In this document: positions 20,017 through 30,571 of the stretch, piece after piece
How positions within the stretch are numbered: position 1 is the first letter of the stretch
Layout: each line of letters opens with the position of its first letter
NCBI GenBank assembly: GCA_964291285.2
Contig: OZ219786.1
Location: forward strand, 192,001-256,000
Direction: 5' to 3'
Source: Alphaproteobacteria bacterium
Lineage (GTDB): Bacteria; Pseudomonadota; Alphaproteobacteria; Bin95
DNA length: 64,000 nt
Notes under the pieces: generated by a model
The model's database searches: none
What the model was told of the DNA's origin: nothing
What the model saw: the letters and a program-made list of their open reading frames with translations, nothing else
Program-made: the position numbers and the translations under genes

Positions 20017-21698
20017 GGGTGCAGGTCCCGTATGGCGATTGCAACCATTTGATTTATTGAGATTTTATGTTCTTTTCGGATGGCCTTTGGGGTCGATCGG
20101 TGACAATCGGGGTTTCGGGGTCGGGATTTTGTCACGGCCGCTCGGTGGCAGGGCCGGAAGCGGGACCGCTCCGCCCGCCGGAGGCGGGTAGGATGTCGTT
20201 CTGAAGCAACCGCAACCACAGGAGCGGCCCCATGGCAGTTTCGCAGTCTGCATCCTGCTCGTCCATCGATCTTGCCGGCTTGCCGGCTCGGATACTGGAG
20301 GCGCTGTCGGGGCTGGTTGCGGTTTGTCGTGAGCCGCCTGCTTCCGCGCCATGCGCGGTTGCATTCGAGGAAGCGGAGCTTCGTGTTCGGGAGAGCGTGA
20401 ACGCGCTGGGTTGCGAGGTTCCGGGAGCTTGGGTGGAAGGTCTGGACGACGGGGCGTTGCGGGTCGAGCAGGCCGGGCAACGCCGGTTCCGTGTGGCGGC
20501 GACGCCGAAGACGATCATGAGCACGCTCGGCCCGGTGACCTACAGGCGGGCGCGCTATCGCCACGGCGTGGGCGGCCCCTCGCTCGTGCCGGTGGACGAG
20601 AGCCTGGGGCTGGTGAACGACTGGCTGACGCGCCCGGCCGCCCGGATCGGGCTGATGATGATGGGTCACGGCACGGCGCGGGAAGCGGAGGGGTTCTTCT
20701 CGGAGATGGGCGCCATGAGGCCGTCGGCGAGCACCTTGCAGCGGCTCGCCTGCAGCCTGCATGAGCGCTGGGAGAGCCTGGGGCCGCAGGCGCTGGACAG
20801 TATCCGCAGCACGGAAGACATCCCATCCGGGGCGGTCAGCGCCTCGGTCTCGCTCGACGGCGTCATGGTGGCGCTGCGCGCCGGCGAGGACGGGCGCGAC
20901 GAGGCCTGCTGGCGCGAGGCCGCCTGCGGCACGGTCTCCTTCCACGACGCCCAAGGCGAACGGCTCAAGACCCTCTACTTCGCCCGCATGCCGGAGAGCG
21001 GCAAGCCCACGCTGAAGGCCCAACTCGCAAGCGAGGTCGCGCATATCCGCCGCGCGCGCCCCGATATCGCGGTCGTTGCGCTCGCCAGAGCCTGCCCCTG
21101 CGAAGGCGGGGGGCGCCCCCGACAACTGGACCTTCCTGGAGAGCCTCTCGCCCGAGGCCGAGGCCGTCGACTTCTGGCACGCCTGCGAGCATCTCCGCAC
21201 AGCCTCCGACCATGCCGTCGATCCCCGCTGGTTCGAGACTTACCGCCATACCCTGCGTCATGACCCGTGCGGCGTCGCCAAGGTGACCCGGGCGCTGCGC
21301 TATCTGCGCGACAAGGCAGGCAGCAACCGCACCGCGCGCAACGCCATCGAGCGCGAACTCGCCTTCTTCTGCAAGCACCGCAAGCGCATGCGATACCGCA
21401 ACCTCAGCGACCGGGGCATCACCATCGGCTCCGGCGTTGTCGAGGCCGCAAACAAAACCCTCGTCACACAGAGGATGAAGCGCTCCGGCATGCGATGGCG
21501 CATCGCCGGCGGCCAGGCCGTCCTCACCGTCCGCGCCCTCATCAAATCCGGACGCTTCGACCGCGCATGGAATGCCCTCATGAGCGATGACGATATCCCC
21601 GCAAACGAAAACAACCGCACCGGAAACCAACAAAGCCGCGCCGCATGAACCCTGACCCTCAGCCCAGCGCCATCATCGCCATACGAGATTCACGCCCC
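20017..21698 (+). mobile_element. ISKra4/ISLre2-like insertion sequence
   Basis: Imperfect terminal IRs GGGTGCAGGTCCCGTATGGCGAT and GGGCGTGAATCTCGTATGGCGAT (reverse complement) flank a DDE transposase. Confidence 0.65.
20232..21648 (+). pseudogene. ISKra4-like transposase, frameshifted by a small palindromic insertion at about 21087-21111
   Basis: ORF 20232-21263 has SLDGVMV and WREA. ORF 21076-21648 has DFWHACEHL, IGSGVVEAANK and RMKRSGMRW, and is shifted +1. Confidence 0.75.
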
Positions 21699-21809
21699 GC
21701 ACGGACCGTCGAGACAATCGCAACCACGACCTTCCGGGGCCTCAGTTCCCTGATCTCATTGAAAGCAAGCGGGAACTCAACTCAGGACCCGTCGGGCGAG
21801 GAGAACAAG

Positions 21810-22397
21810 ATGAAGAATCTCAGGCGAATAGCGCGTCTGAAGGTCATTGACGAAGGAGACGCATATAAAATCACCGCAAGGATGTTGAGGCTGGCGACAA
21901 GCCTCCGCCGCGCGGCGGAGATACTTGACCAAGCGCACAACGAAGCAAGGGAAGGCAGAAACCGGGAGGATTTCTCCGCCGCGTTCTACGGGACACCGAT
22001 TCTGCGGGCACAGTCAGCAGAAATTGCACTGAAGGCGCTATGGCGCATCGGACACAACGAGGAACGTGGCGCGCCCCCGCATCACCACAATCTGACAAAG
22101 CTGCATGATGCTCTGACCGAACCGATCCAGAAGCTGCTGGCAGAGGAATTTCCCGAGATACGAGACCCGTCGTGTCCACACTTCCCAATACCGGTCCGCC
22201 AAGGACTGCGGACAATCCTCAACGAACACGAAACCGCCCTCGAAGATTGGCGCTACGCCTACGAACTCGGCAGTCTCAGGTTCGAGCACGTGTTCGACGA
22301 GGTGCTGGACACGCTTATCAGCGTAGGCTGGCAGCTGCACAACCTGTGGCTCAGAAGGCTGCTGGAAGAAGACGCACAGGCTCCGAGCCAGCCGTGA
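21810..22397 (+). CDS. HEPN-domain-like protein
   Basis: AEIALKAL...HNLTKL...WRYAYE pattern; GAGGAG RBS; lower GC than the flanks. Confidence 0.6.
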   Translation: MKNLRRIARLKVIDEGDAYKITARMLRLATSLRRAAEILDQAHNEAREGRNREDFSAAFYGTPILRAQSAEIALKALWRIGHNEERGAPPHHHNLTKLHDALTEPIQKLLAEEFPEIRDPSCPHFPIPVRQGLRTILNEHETALEDWRYAYELGSLRFEHVFDEVLDTLISVGWQLHNLWLRRLLEEDAQAPSQP

Positions 22398-22410
22398 ATC
22401 GCTCGAGGAG

Positions 22411-23535
22411 TAATACCAGCGGGCATAGTTCAGAACCCATTGGCCCATTTTCGGGTTCCGATGGAGGCGATGCGTTCTGGTTGTGAGACGAGATTGTTCC
22501 AGGCCTGGCAGCAGTGATCGAGTATGTCGTCGTAGTTCTGGAAGACGCGGTTCGAGAGCCAATTTTCGCGCATGAACTGCCAGACATTCTCGACGGGATT
22601 GAGCTCGGGGGACCGGGGCGGGAGCGGCATCAGGGTTATGTTGTCGGGGACTTTGAGGGCCGGGGATGTGTGCCATCCGGCCCGGTCGAGCATGACGAGG
22701 GCATGGGCTCCGGGTTCAACGGTGAGGGCGACCTCGGCGAGGTGGGCGTTGAGTGCCTCCGTGTTGGCGTGGGGCATGACGAGGCCGGCGGCCTTGCCCT
22801 TCTGCGGGCATATGGCGCCGAAGATGTAGGCCGAGATGGTTCTCTGGTCCTTGGGCGCTGACGGTCGGGTGCCGCGTTTAGCCCATCGCCGGGTGATCTT
22901 GTTCTTCTGCCCGACGCGCGCCTCGTCCTGCCACCAGACTTCGACCTCGACGCCGTCGCCGAGTGCAGCGCGGATCTCCTTCAGGCGGTCGGGGAAGTTT
23001 TTTTGAACCCTGCCAGCGCGGCTTCGTCCCGGGCATGGTGGCGCGGGCGCGCAGACAGCCTGGCGTAGCCCATCCGGCGCAACTCCCGCCCGACCGTCGT
23101 CTCCGCCAACGAGATGCCGAACTGCTCGCTGAGCCATGCCGCCAGGTCGCAGCGCCGCCACCGCACCACGCCGTGGATCGCCGGGTCCGGACCGCTCTCC
23201 ACAACCGCCGCCAGCGCCGCGCGCTGCTCCCCGTTCAACTTGCGCGGCGGACCTGAGGCCTTGCGATCCTTCAATCCCTCCGGGCCTTCCGCGTTGAAGC
23301 GAAGAACCCAGTCCCGGATGATCTGCAAGCCCACCCCCGCAAAACGCGCCGCATCCGAACGACGGTAACCGTCGTAAATCACCGCAAGCGCAAGAAGGCG
23401 ACGGTTCTGCGAACCATCCCGGCTCCGCTGCGCAAGCCGCGCAACTGCGCCGCATCAAAATCCTCCCTCAAGGGGATTGCTGCCCTCATAACGACCCTCC
23501 AATCGCAGAATCGCTATTGAGTCAGAACTCGATAA
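22411..23535 (-). mobile_element. IS630-family element (CDS 23489-22430) with a programmed -1 frameshift; an extra 5' frameshift and a truncated left end make it probably inactive
   Basis: HTH orfA (IRDWVLRFNAEG) plus DDE orfB (WQDEAR, LDRAGWH, SPELNPVENVW). An A7C slippery site lies at about 22997-23004. A 1-nt frameshift lies near 23440. Confidence 0.82.
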
Positions 23536-26047
23536 CCTCAGACTTCCTGACCTCGTGACGATGTTTGTTGCGGGCGGCGTTCTGGGAACTTTTTGAGTTC
23601 GGTTCATTTTTCGTCTGTTTCGGCTGATTTTCGCTGGCTGCCGTGTCCAGGTTCGGGTATTTTAATTTGACACTGGATACGAGATTTCAACCATGTCGAT
23701 TACCCTTCCCCTGAGCCCTCCGGAGGCGGTTCCGATCGGCAGCAGTTGTTTCGCCATTCTGATTTCGGACGACAGCTTCACCTACTTCTCCAACCTCGTT
23801 CCCTTTGACAGCCACGCCGCCGATGACCGCGCGGCCATGCTGTTGCGGATCGGCCGCCTGGCTGCGATCAGCGCGGTCTCGCGGCAGGATCTGGCCGACG
23901 CTTTCGGTGTCTCGCGTGCAACGGTCCAGCGCGCACGACGGCGCTACCTGGCCGAGGGCGAAGCGGAGTTTCTGAAGCCCCGGCGCGGTCGGGGACCTTC
24001 GGTGTTCACGCCGGAGCTGGCGGAGAAAGCGACGGCGTTGCTGGAAGGGGGCCTGAGCGGCTCTGCGGTGGCCCGAGTTCTCGGCGTGTCAGCGCCGTCG
24101 GTCAACAAGTGGCGGCGGCAGGGGGTGATCGGCAACGCGGAGGCGTGTCGGGAGCGCGGCAGCGCGGCAGTGGCGGTGCCGCCTGACGCGGGTGGGGCGC
24201 CCGAGGGCAGTGTCGATGACGAGAGTGCCGGTGCCGCCGGGCCGGCGACGGCAGCGGGGCTGGAGGCGCAGACGGATCGCAGCGCGCGCGACCGGCGGGA
24301 CCGGCAGGCGCCGATGGGGCGCGCGACTTGCGATGTCCGGGCTCGGGTGTTGGCCAGCTGCGGGCAGGCGGGACCGGTCGAACCGCAGTTCACCGCCGCC
24401 GCCCGCGGCGTGCGCTTTGGCGGCGTTCTCGCCGCCCTGCCGGCCCTGCTGAAGGAAGGCCTGCTCTGCGAGACCGGCCTCCTGCCGTTGCTGTCGAAGG
24501 GCTACTACGGCCTGCCCACGATCCTGCTCTTCCTGGCCTTCATGACCCTGGCGCGGGTGCGCAACCCCGAGAGCCTGCGCTACCAGGCACCGGGCGAATG
24601 GGGTGCGGTTCTCGGTCTCGACCGCTGCCCCGAGGTCAAGACGCTACGGCGCAAGATCGGGCTCATGGCCAACGACGAAGCCAGCGTGCAGGCGTGGCAG
24701 CTCGCTCTTGCGAGACGCTGGCAGGAGGAGGAGCCCGAGCTCTGGGCGACGCTGGCCGTTGACGGGCACGTCAAGGTCTACGCCGGCCGCAAGGGGCGCC
24801 TGCCCAAACACTTCGTCTCGCGCGAGAAGCTGTGCCTGCCGGCGAGCACCAGCTACTGGATCAACGCCTTGGGCGGCAAGCCCCTGCTGTGCCTGCACAA
24901 GCCGCTGGACCCGAAGATGGTCGCCGCGATCGAATCCGACGTGGTGCCGGCGTTGCAGGCGCTCGGGATCGTCGACGCCGGGGCAGCGGACCTGACCGCC
25001 GGGCAGCCCGGCCAGCCCGTGCTCACACTGGTCTTCGACCGCGAGGGCTGGAGCCCGGAGCTGTTTCGCCGGCTGGCCAGGCGCGGCATTGCCTGCCTGA
25101 CCTGGCACAAGAACTTCAGGGGCGGGGACTGGCCGGCCGAGGACTTCAGTGCGATGATCGTTCCCATTCACGGACCCGCGGCGAACGCCAGCGCCACCAT
25201 GCTGCTGGCCGAGAAGCCGGTGACGTTGAAGAACGGCTTCAGGGTGCGCCAGATCCGCCGCCTGCTCGACAACGGCCGTCAGGTTCCGCTGGTCACCACC
25301 GATCCGCACAAGCCGGTGGCGGAGGCCGCAGGCGCCTTGTTCTCGCGCTGGTCGCAGGAAAACTTCTTCAAATACATGCGCGACGAGTTCAATCTCGACG
25401 CCCTGCCGACCCACGAGATCGAGCCTCTCGCTGCCGATACCATGGTCGTCAGCCCGCTGCGGCGGGCCTACGACAAGGCAATCCGCCGCCTCGACCACCA
25501 GCTTGGCCGCCTGCGCAACCGCATCGCCGACGCCGCCCACAGGAAGCAGCCGACGGGCGAACTCAAGAGGGAACTCAGGGACCTCGAGGGCGGCCGTGAG
25601 ATTGTCAGATCCAGCCGCAGGGAGGTGCCCACGCACTGCCGGGCCGGCGACCTCGACGAAGCCGGACAGCTCAATGCCTTGCCCTCACGCGAGCGCCTCC
25701 TACTCGACATCATCCGCATGATCGCCTACCGCGCTGAAACCCGCTTGATGCTTCCCGTCATGCAGGCGCAGGGCCACAAGCCCCACCCACGGAAACTGCT
25801 TCAGGCACTCTTCACCGCCGATGCCGACATCCTGCCGGACCCTGCCAACGGCGTCCTGCGGGTCCGCATTCTCGGCCTCGCAAATGACGCCTGCGACCGC
25901 CAGATCAAGCCTCTTCTGGCCGAACTCAACGCCACCGAAACGCACTTCCCCGGCAACCGTATGCGCATGGTCTACGAGGTCGGCATAACCCCAAAATCCG
26001 CGCGCACCGGTGCCAAACAAAATTAGCAGAGGTCAGGAAGTCTGAGG
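23536..26047 (+). mobile_element. Insertion sequence of unclassified family with 19-bp perfect terminal IRs
   Basis: CCTCAGACTTCCTGACCTC at 23536-23554 and its reverse complement at 26029-26047; no target duplication visible. Confidence 0.8.
23693..26026 (+). CDS. Putative DDE transposase with two N-terminal HTH motifs
   Basis: Fills the space between the IRs; motifs VDGH, VFDREG and RWSQENFFKY resemble IS4-clan D-D-E motifs. Confidence 0.75.
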   Translation: MSITLPLSPPEAVPIGSSCFAILISDDSFTYFSNLVPFDSHAADDRAAMLLRIGRLAAISAVSRQDLADAFGVSRATVQRARRRYLAEGEAEFLKPRRGRGPSVFTPELAEKATALLEGGLSGSAVARVLGVSAPSVNKWRRQGVIGNAEACRERGSAAVAVPPDAGGAPEGSVDDESAGAAGPATAAGLEAQTDRSARDRRDRQAPMGRATCDVRARVLASCGQAGPVEPQFTAAARGVRFGGVLAALPALLKEGLLCETGLLPLLSKGYYGLPTILLFLAFMTLARVRNPESLRYQAPGEWGAVLGLDRCPEVKTLRRKIGLMANDEASVQAWQLALARRWQEEEPELWATLAVDGHVKVYAGRKGRLPKHFVSREKLCLPASTSYWINALGGKPLLCLHKPLDPKMVAAIESDVVPALQALGIVDAGAADLTAGQPGQPVLTLVFDREGWSPELFRRLARRGIACLTWHKNFRGGDWPAEDFSAMIVPIHGPAANASATMLLAEKPVTLKNGFRVRQIRRLLDNGRQVPLVTTDPHKPVAEAAGALFSRWSQENFFKYMRDEFNLDALPTHEIEPLAADTMVVSPLRRAYDKAIRRLDHQLGRLRNRIADAAHRKQPTGELKRELRDLEGGREIVRSSRREVPTHCRAGDLDEAGQLNALPSRERLLLDIIRMIAYRAETRLMLPVMQAQGHKPHPRKLLQALFTADADILPDPANGVLRVRILGLANDACDRQIKPLLAELNATETHFPGNRMRMVYEVGITPKSARTGAKQN

Positions 26048-26060
26048 ATACGCATGGGCC

Positions 26061-26477
26061 TCACTCCCCGAACGGCATGATGCCGTATTCTTCATGGGTC
26101 AGGTTGACGACGCCGCCGTCCTCGGCGACCTGGGTCACGATCAGGTAGTTGACGCCGTCGCGCCTGTAGAGGTCGCCGTCCACCGTGACCTGGTGGGACT
26201 GGATGTCGATGACGCGCGGATTGTCCACCGGGTCCTCGTCCTCGATGCGGAGCACCATATAGACCGTCCCGTCATCGCCCTTGATGGAGACGGGAATGCC
26301 GCCGACCGCGCACCAGACCGCGCATTGATGGTGCGCCGTGCCCTCGGCGAACATGATCTCGGTGACATAGCACCAGGTGTCGATGACCTCGCCCGCGACG
26401 CGGACGCGCTCCGGCGCCGCGGCCTGCGCCCCGGAGACGCAGGCGAGCGCCAGAATTCCCGCCAGCAATGCCCTCAT
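26061..26477 (-). CDS. Exported hypothetical protein with DxxCY and HxxCAxxC motifs (possible metal/heme ligand set)
   Basis: Signal peptide ending AQA, GAGGAG RBS, host-like codon usage. Confidence 0.65.
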   Translation of the reverse strand: MRALLAGILALACVSGAQAAAPERVRVAGEVIDTWCYVTEIMFAEGTAHHQCAVWCAVGGIPVSIKGDDGTVYMVLRIEDEDPVDNPRVIDIQSHQVTVDGDLYRRDGVNYLIVTQVAEDGGVVNLTHEEYGIMPFGE

Positions 26478-26615
26478 TCAACCGCACTCCTCAGAGCGCA
26501 CCGGTGGGTGCTAACTATCTGACGCAGCGTCGTTTTTTCTCCCGAAATGCAGCGGTCGGGGAAGCGGGTCGCAAGGGCCCGTTCCCCGCCTGCAACCGGA
26601 GCCGGGAGAAACGCA

Positions 26616-27740
26616 ATGGCGAAGACTACCCTCACCGAAACGCGCGTGAAGGCGCTCAAGCCCCGCAAGTCGGTCCGCGAGGTCCGCGACGGCAGGCTGA
26701 GGGGCTTCGGCGTCCGTGTGTCGCCCTCGGGCCGCAAGCAGTTCTTCATCCACTGCCAGCATCGCGGCGCGCGCATCTGGAAGATCGTCGGCGACGCCGC
26801 GTCCATGAGCGTCACGGACGCGCGGGCGGCGGCTGCGGAGATGCTGGCCGCCATCAGGCGCGGCGGGGAGGCGCCGCTCACGCCGGACGAAACGCTCTTC
26901 GAGGCCGTCGCCGGGATCGCGTTCCGCCGTCACGAGGGCGTCTGGAAGCCCGGAACGATGATCGTGAACCGCAACTATCTGTGCAACCAGCTTCTGCCGC
27001 ATTTCGCCGGGCGGCAGATCGCGGCCATCGACCGGCAGGAGGTGAGGAACTGGTTCGCCCGCCTGCGCGCGACGCCGGTGGCGGCGGACCGGTCGATGCC
27101 GGTGCTGTCCGTCATCATGAGGGAGGCGGAAGCCATGGGCCTGCGCCCGGAAGGGTCCAACCCCTGCCGGGGGATCAGGCGCTACCGCCGCAAGGGCCGC
27201 GAGCGGTTCCTCTGCGCCGACGAACTGCGCCGCCTGTCCGCGCGGCTCAAGGCGCATGAGGCCCGCTGGCCGCAGCATGTCGCCGTCATCCGCCTGCTGC
27301 TGCTGACCGGATGCCGCAAGGGCGAGATCCTCACCCTGCAATGGTCCGACTACCGGGAAGGCCGCCTGTTCCTCCGCGACTCCAAGACGGGCCCCCGGAC
27401 GGTCTGGCTCTCCGAACCGGCCCGGACGGTGCTTGATCGTCTCGAGCGGAAGGGGCGGTGGATATTCCCGGCATCGAGGGGCGACCGGCCCCGGAGCGGG
27501 TGCTGGCTGTTCCACTTCTGGAACCGGGTCCGCGCCGAGGCGGACCTGGAGGACGCCCGCCTTCACGACCTGCGCCATACGCATGCGAGCCTTGCCCTGA
27601 GACAGGGCGAGACGGTGCTCGCCATCGGCCGGCTGCTGGGCCACCGCAGGCCGGAAACCACGCTGAAATATACCCATGTCGCCGACGCCATGGTGCAGGA
27701 CGCAGCCGAGACGGTCGGCGCCGTGCTGGAGGCAGACTGA
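26616..27740 (+). CDS. Tyrosine recombinase/integrase (pair 2, gene A)
   Basis: Arm domain GFGVRV; motifs TGCRKGEI, DSKTG, HDLRH and TLKYTH. Confidence 0.92.
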   Translation: MAKTTLTETRVKALKPRKSVREVRDGRLRGFGVRVSPSGRKQFFIHCQHRGARIWKIVGDAASMSVTDARAAAAEMLAAIRRGGEAPLTPDETLFEAVAGIAFRRHEGVWKPGTMIVNRNYLCNQLLPHFAGRQIAAIDRQEVRNWFARLRATPVAADRSMPVLSVIMREAEAMGLRPEGSNPCRGIRRYRRKGRERFLCADELRRLSARLKAHEARWPQHVAVIRLLLLTGCRKGEILTLQWSDYREGRLFLRDSKTGPRTVWLSEPARTVLDRLERKGRWIFPASRGDRPRSGCWLFHFWNRVRAEADLEDARLHDLRHTHASLALRQGETVLAIGRLLGHRRPETTLKYTHVADAMVQDAAETVGAVLEAD

Positions 27741-28885
27741 TGGCGGGCCGGGAACGGATGAAACTCACCGACGCCGCCGTCGCCCGTCTCCGCCCCCGCG
27801 AGCGGGAATATACGGTCCGGGACACGCGCATCGCCGGCCTTGGCGTCCGGGTGCGGCCCACCGGCGGGCGCAGCTGGGTGCTGCTGCTCGACAGCGGCGG
27901 GCGCACGAAGCGCATCTCGCTCGGCCCGGTCGGCGTGAAGAGCCTGGAGGAGGTGCGCAGGGAATGCCATGCCCGCAAGGCGAACCCCGAGCCGGAGAAA
28001 GAGGCCCGGCCGGCGCGGCCGGTCCCGCTGTTCCGGGATTTCGTCACCGGTCCATGGAAGGAGGCGCATTTCGACGGCTACAAGCCCTCGACGCAGAGGA
28101 CCGCCCGCTATCAGCTTGCGGGCCAGCTCCTGCCGGCATTCGGATCGAAGCCGCTGGACCGCATCGGCGAGGCCGCCATCCGGCGCTGGTTCGAGCGATA
28201 CAGCCGCACCGCGCCGGGCAACGCCAATCACTGCCTTGCCCGTCTGCGGCAGATACTCAACTTCGCCCTCGCCTGCGGCCACATCGAGGTCAATCCCGTC
28301 GGGCGCATCGCCCCGAACCGCCGCACGGCGCTCACGCGGTTCCTGTCCCGGGAGGAACTCGCACGCCTCCATGCCGCCCTGGACGCGCAGACCCGGAAGA
28401 GCGCGCGGCAACAGGCCGACATCGTCCGCCTCCTGCTGCTGACCGGCTGCCGCAGAAGCGAGATCACGGGCCTCGGCTGGTCGGAAGTCCGCGAGGACGG
28501 GCTGGCGCTCACCGATGCCAAGACCGGACCGAGGACGGTTCCACTCAACAGACAGGCCCGCGCCATTCTCGACCGGCAGACGCGCGCGGGCAGCGCGTTC
28601 GTGTTTCCCTCGCCGTGCGACCCCGCCCGCCCGCGCAGCCCGGACCTGCCGCTCTGGTACCGCGTCAGACGCGAAGCCGGCATCGGGGATGTCCGCCTTC
28701 ATGACCTGCGCCATACCATGGCCAGCCATGCGGTGATGAACGGCGTGCCCGTCCCGGTGGTCTCCCGCCTGCTCGGCCATTCCAGTGTGCGCATGACGCT
28801 GCGCTACGCCCATCTTGCCGACCGCGACATCGAGGCCGCCGCGGAACGCGTCGGGCAGGCCATGAGCGCCATCATGGAGACATGA
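27740..28885 (+). CDS. Tyrosine recombinase/integrase (pair 2, gene B)
   Basis: TGATG coupling to gene A; motifs TGCRRSEI, DAKTG, HDLRH and TLRYAH. Confidence 0.92.
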   Translation: MAGRERMKLTDAAVARLRPREREYTVRDTRIAGLGVRVRPTGGRSWVLLLDSGGRTKRISLGPVGVKSLEEVRRECHARKANPEPEKEARPARPVPLFRDFVTGPWKEAHFDGYKPSTQRTARYQLAGQLLPAFGSKPLDRIGEAAIRRWFERYSRTAPGNANHCLARLRQILNFALACGHIEVNPVGRIAPNRRTALTRFLSREELARLHAALDAQTRKSARQQADIVRLLLLTGCRRSEITGLGWSEVREDGLALTDAKTGPRTVPLNRQARAILDRQTRAGSAFVFPSPCDPARPRSPDLPLWYRVRREAGIGDVRLHDLRHTMASHAVMNGVPVPVVSRLLGHSSVRMTLRYAHLADRDIEAAAERVGQAMSAIMET

Positions 28886-28990
28886 CCGGGGCGGCCGCGA
28901 CCGGCCCGCTTCTTCATGAGCGAATGGCGCCGGTCTTCTTCCTGCGCCGCACCCGGTGACGGTGAGGTTCCCTGCTATCGGCGTGTCCGG

Positions 28991-30248
28991 TCAGAACTGT
29001 CGCACGAAGGAGAGTTCGGCGCGGTTTCGTTTGTAGTCGAGGGCCTGGGCGTTGGTATCGCGCTCCTCGCGGATGAGCGAGAGGCGGGGGCTGAAGCCGA
29101 GCACGGTGACGGCGCGGTTGTGCACGGAGAGCGAGAGGGTGCGCGTCTCGTCCCGGCGCGGCCTGCGGTCGATGGTATTGTGGGCGAAGCCCTGTCCCCG
29201 GTATGCGGCGCGCTGCAGGGAGGCGCGCAGGCCGAGGGTGAAGCCGGCCGGCAGCGCGAGCGTCGCGCCGAGGCCGGCCCAGGGTCCGCGGTTGCGCCAG
29301 TGTCCGGCATTGGCGCGGGTCCGGTTGTATCCGGCATGGCCGCCGAGGCGCAGGACGGGCAGGGCGGCCCAGCTTGCGCCGAGCATCGCATCGCCCGCCG
29401 GGCCGTCGAGATGGTTGCAGCCGCGGCAGTTGCGCCGGGTGGCGCTGGCGCGGGCGAACAGGGCGAGGCGCGGCGTCAGGCGGTGCGCGCCTTCCAGCCG
29501 GACGCCGAAGCGGTCGGTCCCGGGCCGCCCGGCGGTCCATTGCCGGTCCACCACCGCCAGCAGGCTCGCCTCCGTGCTCCCGTCGATCAGCCGGCGCGGG
29601 CCGATATGGGCCGAGAGCGAATGGCGGTCGAACGCCCCTCCCTTGTATTCGCGCGCGCTGGCGTCCGCCCCGGCGCGCAGCCGCAGGGCCGGCGAAAGCG
29701 GAACCTGGTATTCGCCGCCGCCCCACAGCGAGACGCCGATGCCCGACTTGCGCGACACGTCGCCGTCGAGGGTGAAGGGCAGGCGCCCGAAGGGCGTGTC
29801 GAGGAAGACCGTGCGCTCCCCCGACGCGGCGTTGAGGTTGCTGTCGGGCGCCACCGCCAGGCCGAAATGCGCCTCCCAGCGCCGCCGCGCGCGCATGATG
29901 TCGAGAAAGCGCCGGATGTTGGCGGCCACCGCCGGCGGCGGCGTCCCCGCCAGAACCTGTTCGAAATGCCGCCGCGCCAGGCTGTCCTCCTCCTTCAGGA
30001 AGAAGGCGTGCGCGAGTTCCAGACGCACACACACGCACCAGGTCCGGGCGGTCCACCAGGATGGCCCGGAACGCCGCAATCGCCTCGTCGAGCTTCCCGT
30101 CGCGGGCGTCCCGGTCCGGGGCGGCCTGCGCGGCGGCAAGCGCCTCCATGCCCGCCCGGAACCGCGGGCCGGTCGCGTCCTGGCCGTGGGCGGCCACGAC
30201 AGCGAACAGATACAGCCCGGCCGCAATGACGAGAGCGGGTATGCGCAT
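28991..30248 (-). pseudogene. Slam / DUF560 outer-membrane surface-lipoprotein translocon, frameshifted in a (CA)n tract at 30026-30034
   Basis: The signal peptide and TPR-like start (LDEAIAAFRAIL) are in one frame. RLELAHAFF...APDSNLN and a beta-barrel ending ELSFVRQF are in another. Confidence 0.8.
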
Positions 30249-30307
30249 GGGAACCCCTGTCCGTGCAAGGGGAACCTCCGGCCGCCCGGAGAGCGACGGA
30301 GGAAAGA

Positions 30308-30338
30308 AGGCCCCGGCCGCGCGAAGCGGCCGGGGCCC
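30308..30338 (-). terminator. Hairpin between the substrate gene and the Slam gene
   Basis: GGCCCCGGCCGC-GCGAA-GCGGCCGGGGCC, followed on the minus strand by TTCTTT. Confidence 0.6.
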
Positions 30339-30364
30339 GGGAACGCGGATGTTCCGGGAGCAGT

Positions 30365-30571
30365 CTACTCCGTCGTCTCCGTCTGCATCCTCGTCGAGAA
30401 TGCGCCGGCAGCGTGCCCGTTCGAGAAGTGGCTGTTGAAGTTACCGAGGTACCCGGCCGGGCGCCCCACGCCGTCCTGGCTGAAGGGATAAGCCTGCCAC
30501 TGGCCGGGCTTGTCGCTGGCGGAACCGCCGGCGGAACCCGTGGCAAGGCCGTAGAGGACGTCACCGACAGT
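30365..30571 (-). pseudogene. 3' remnant of a TbpB-like beta-barrel protein (probable Slam substrate)
   Basis: Manual translation ...GQWQAYPF...PAGYLGNFNSHFSNGHAAGAFSTRMQTETTE*. It lies directly upstream of Slam and is cut by the IS630. Confidence 0.6.
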
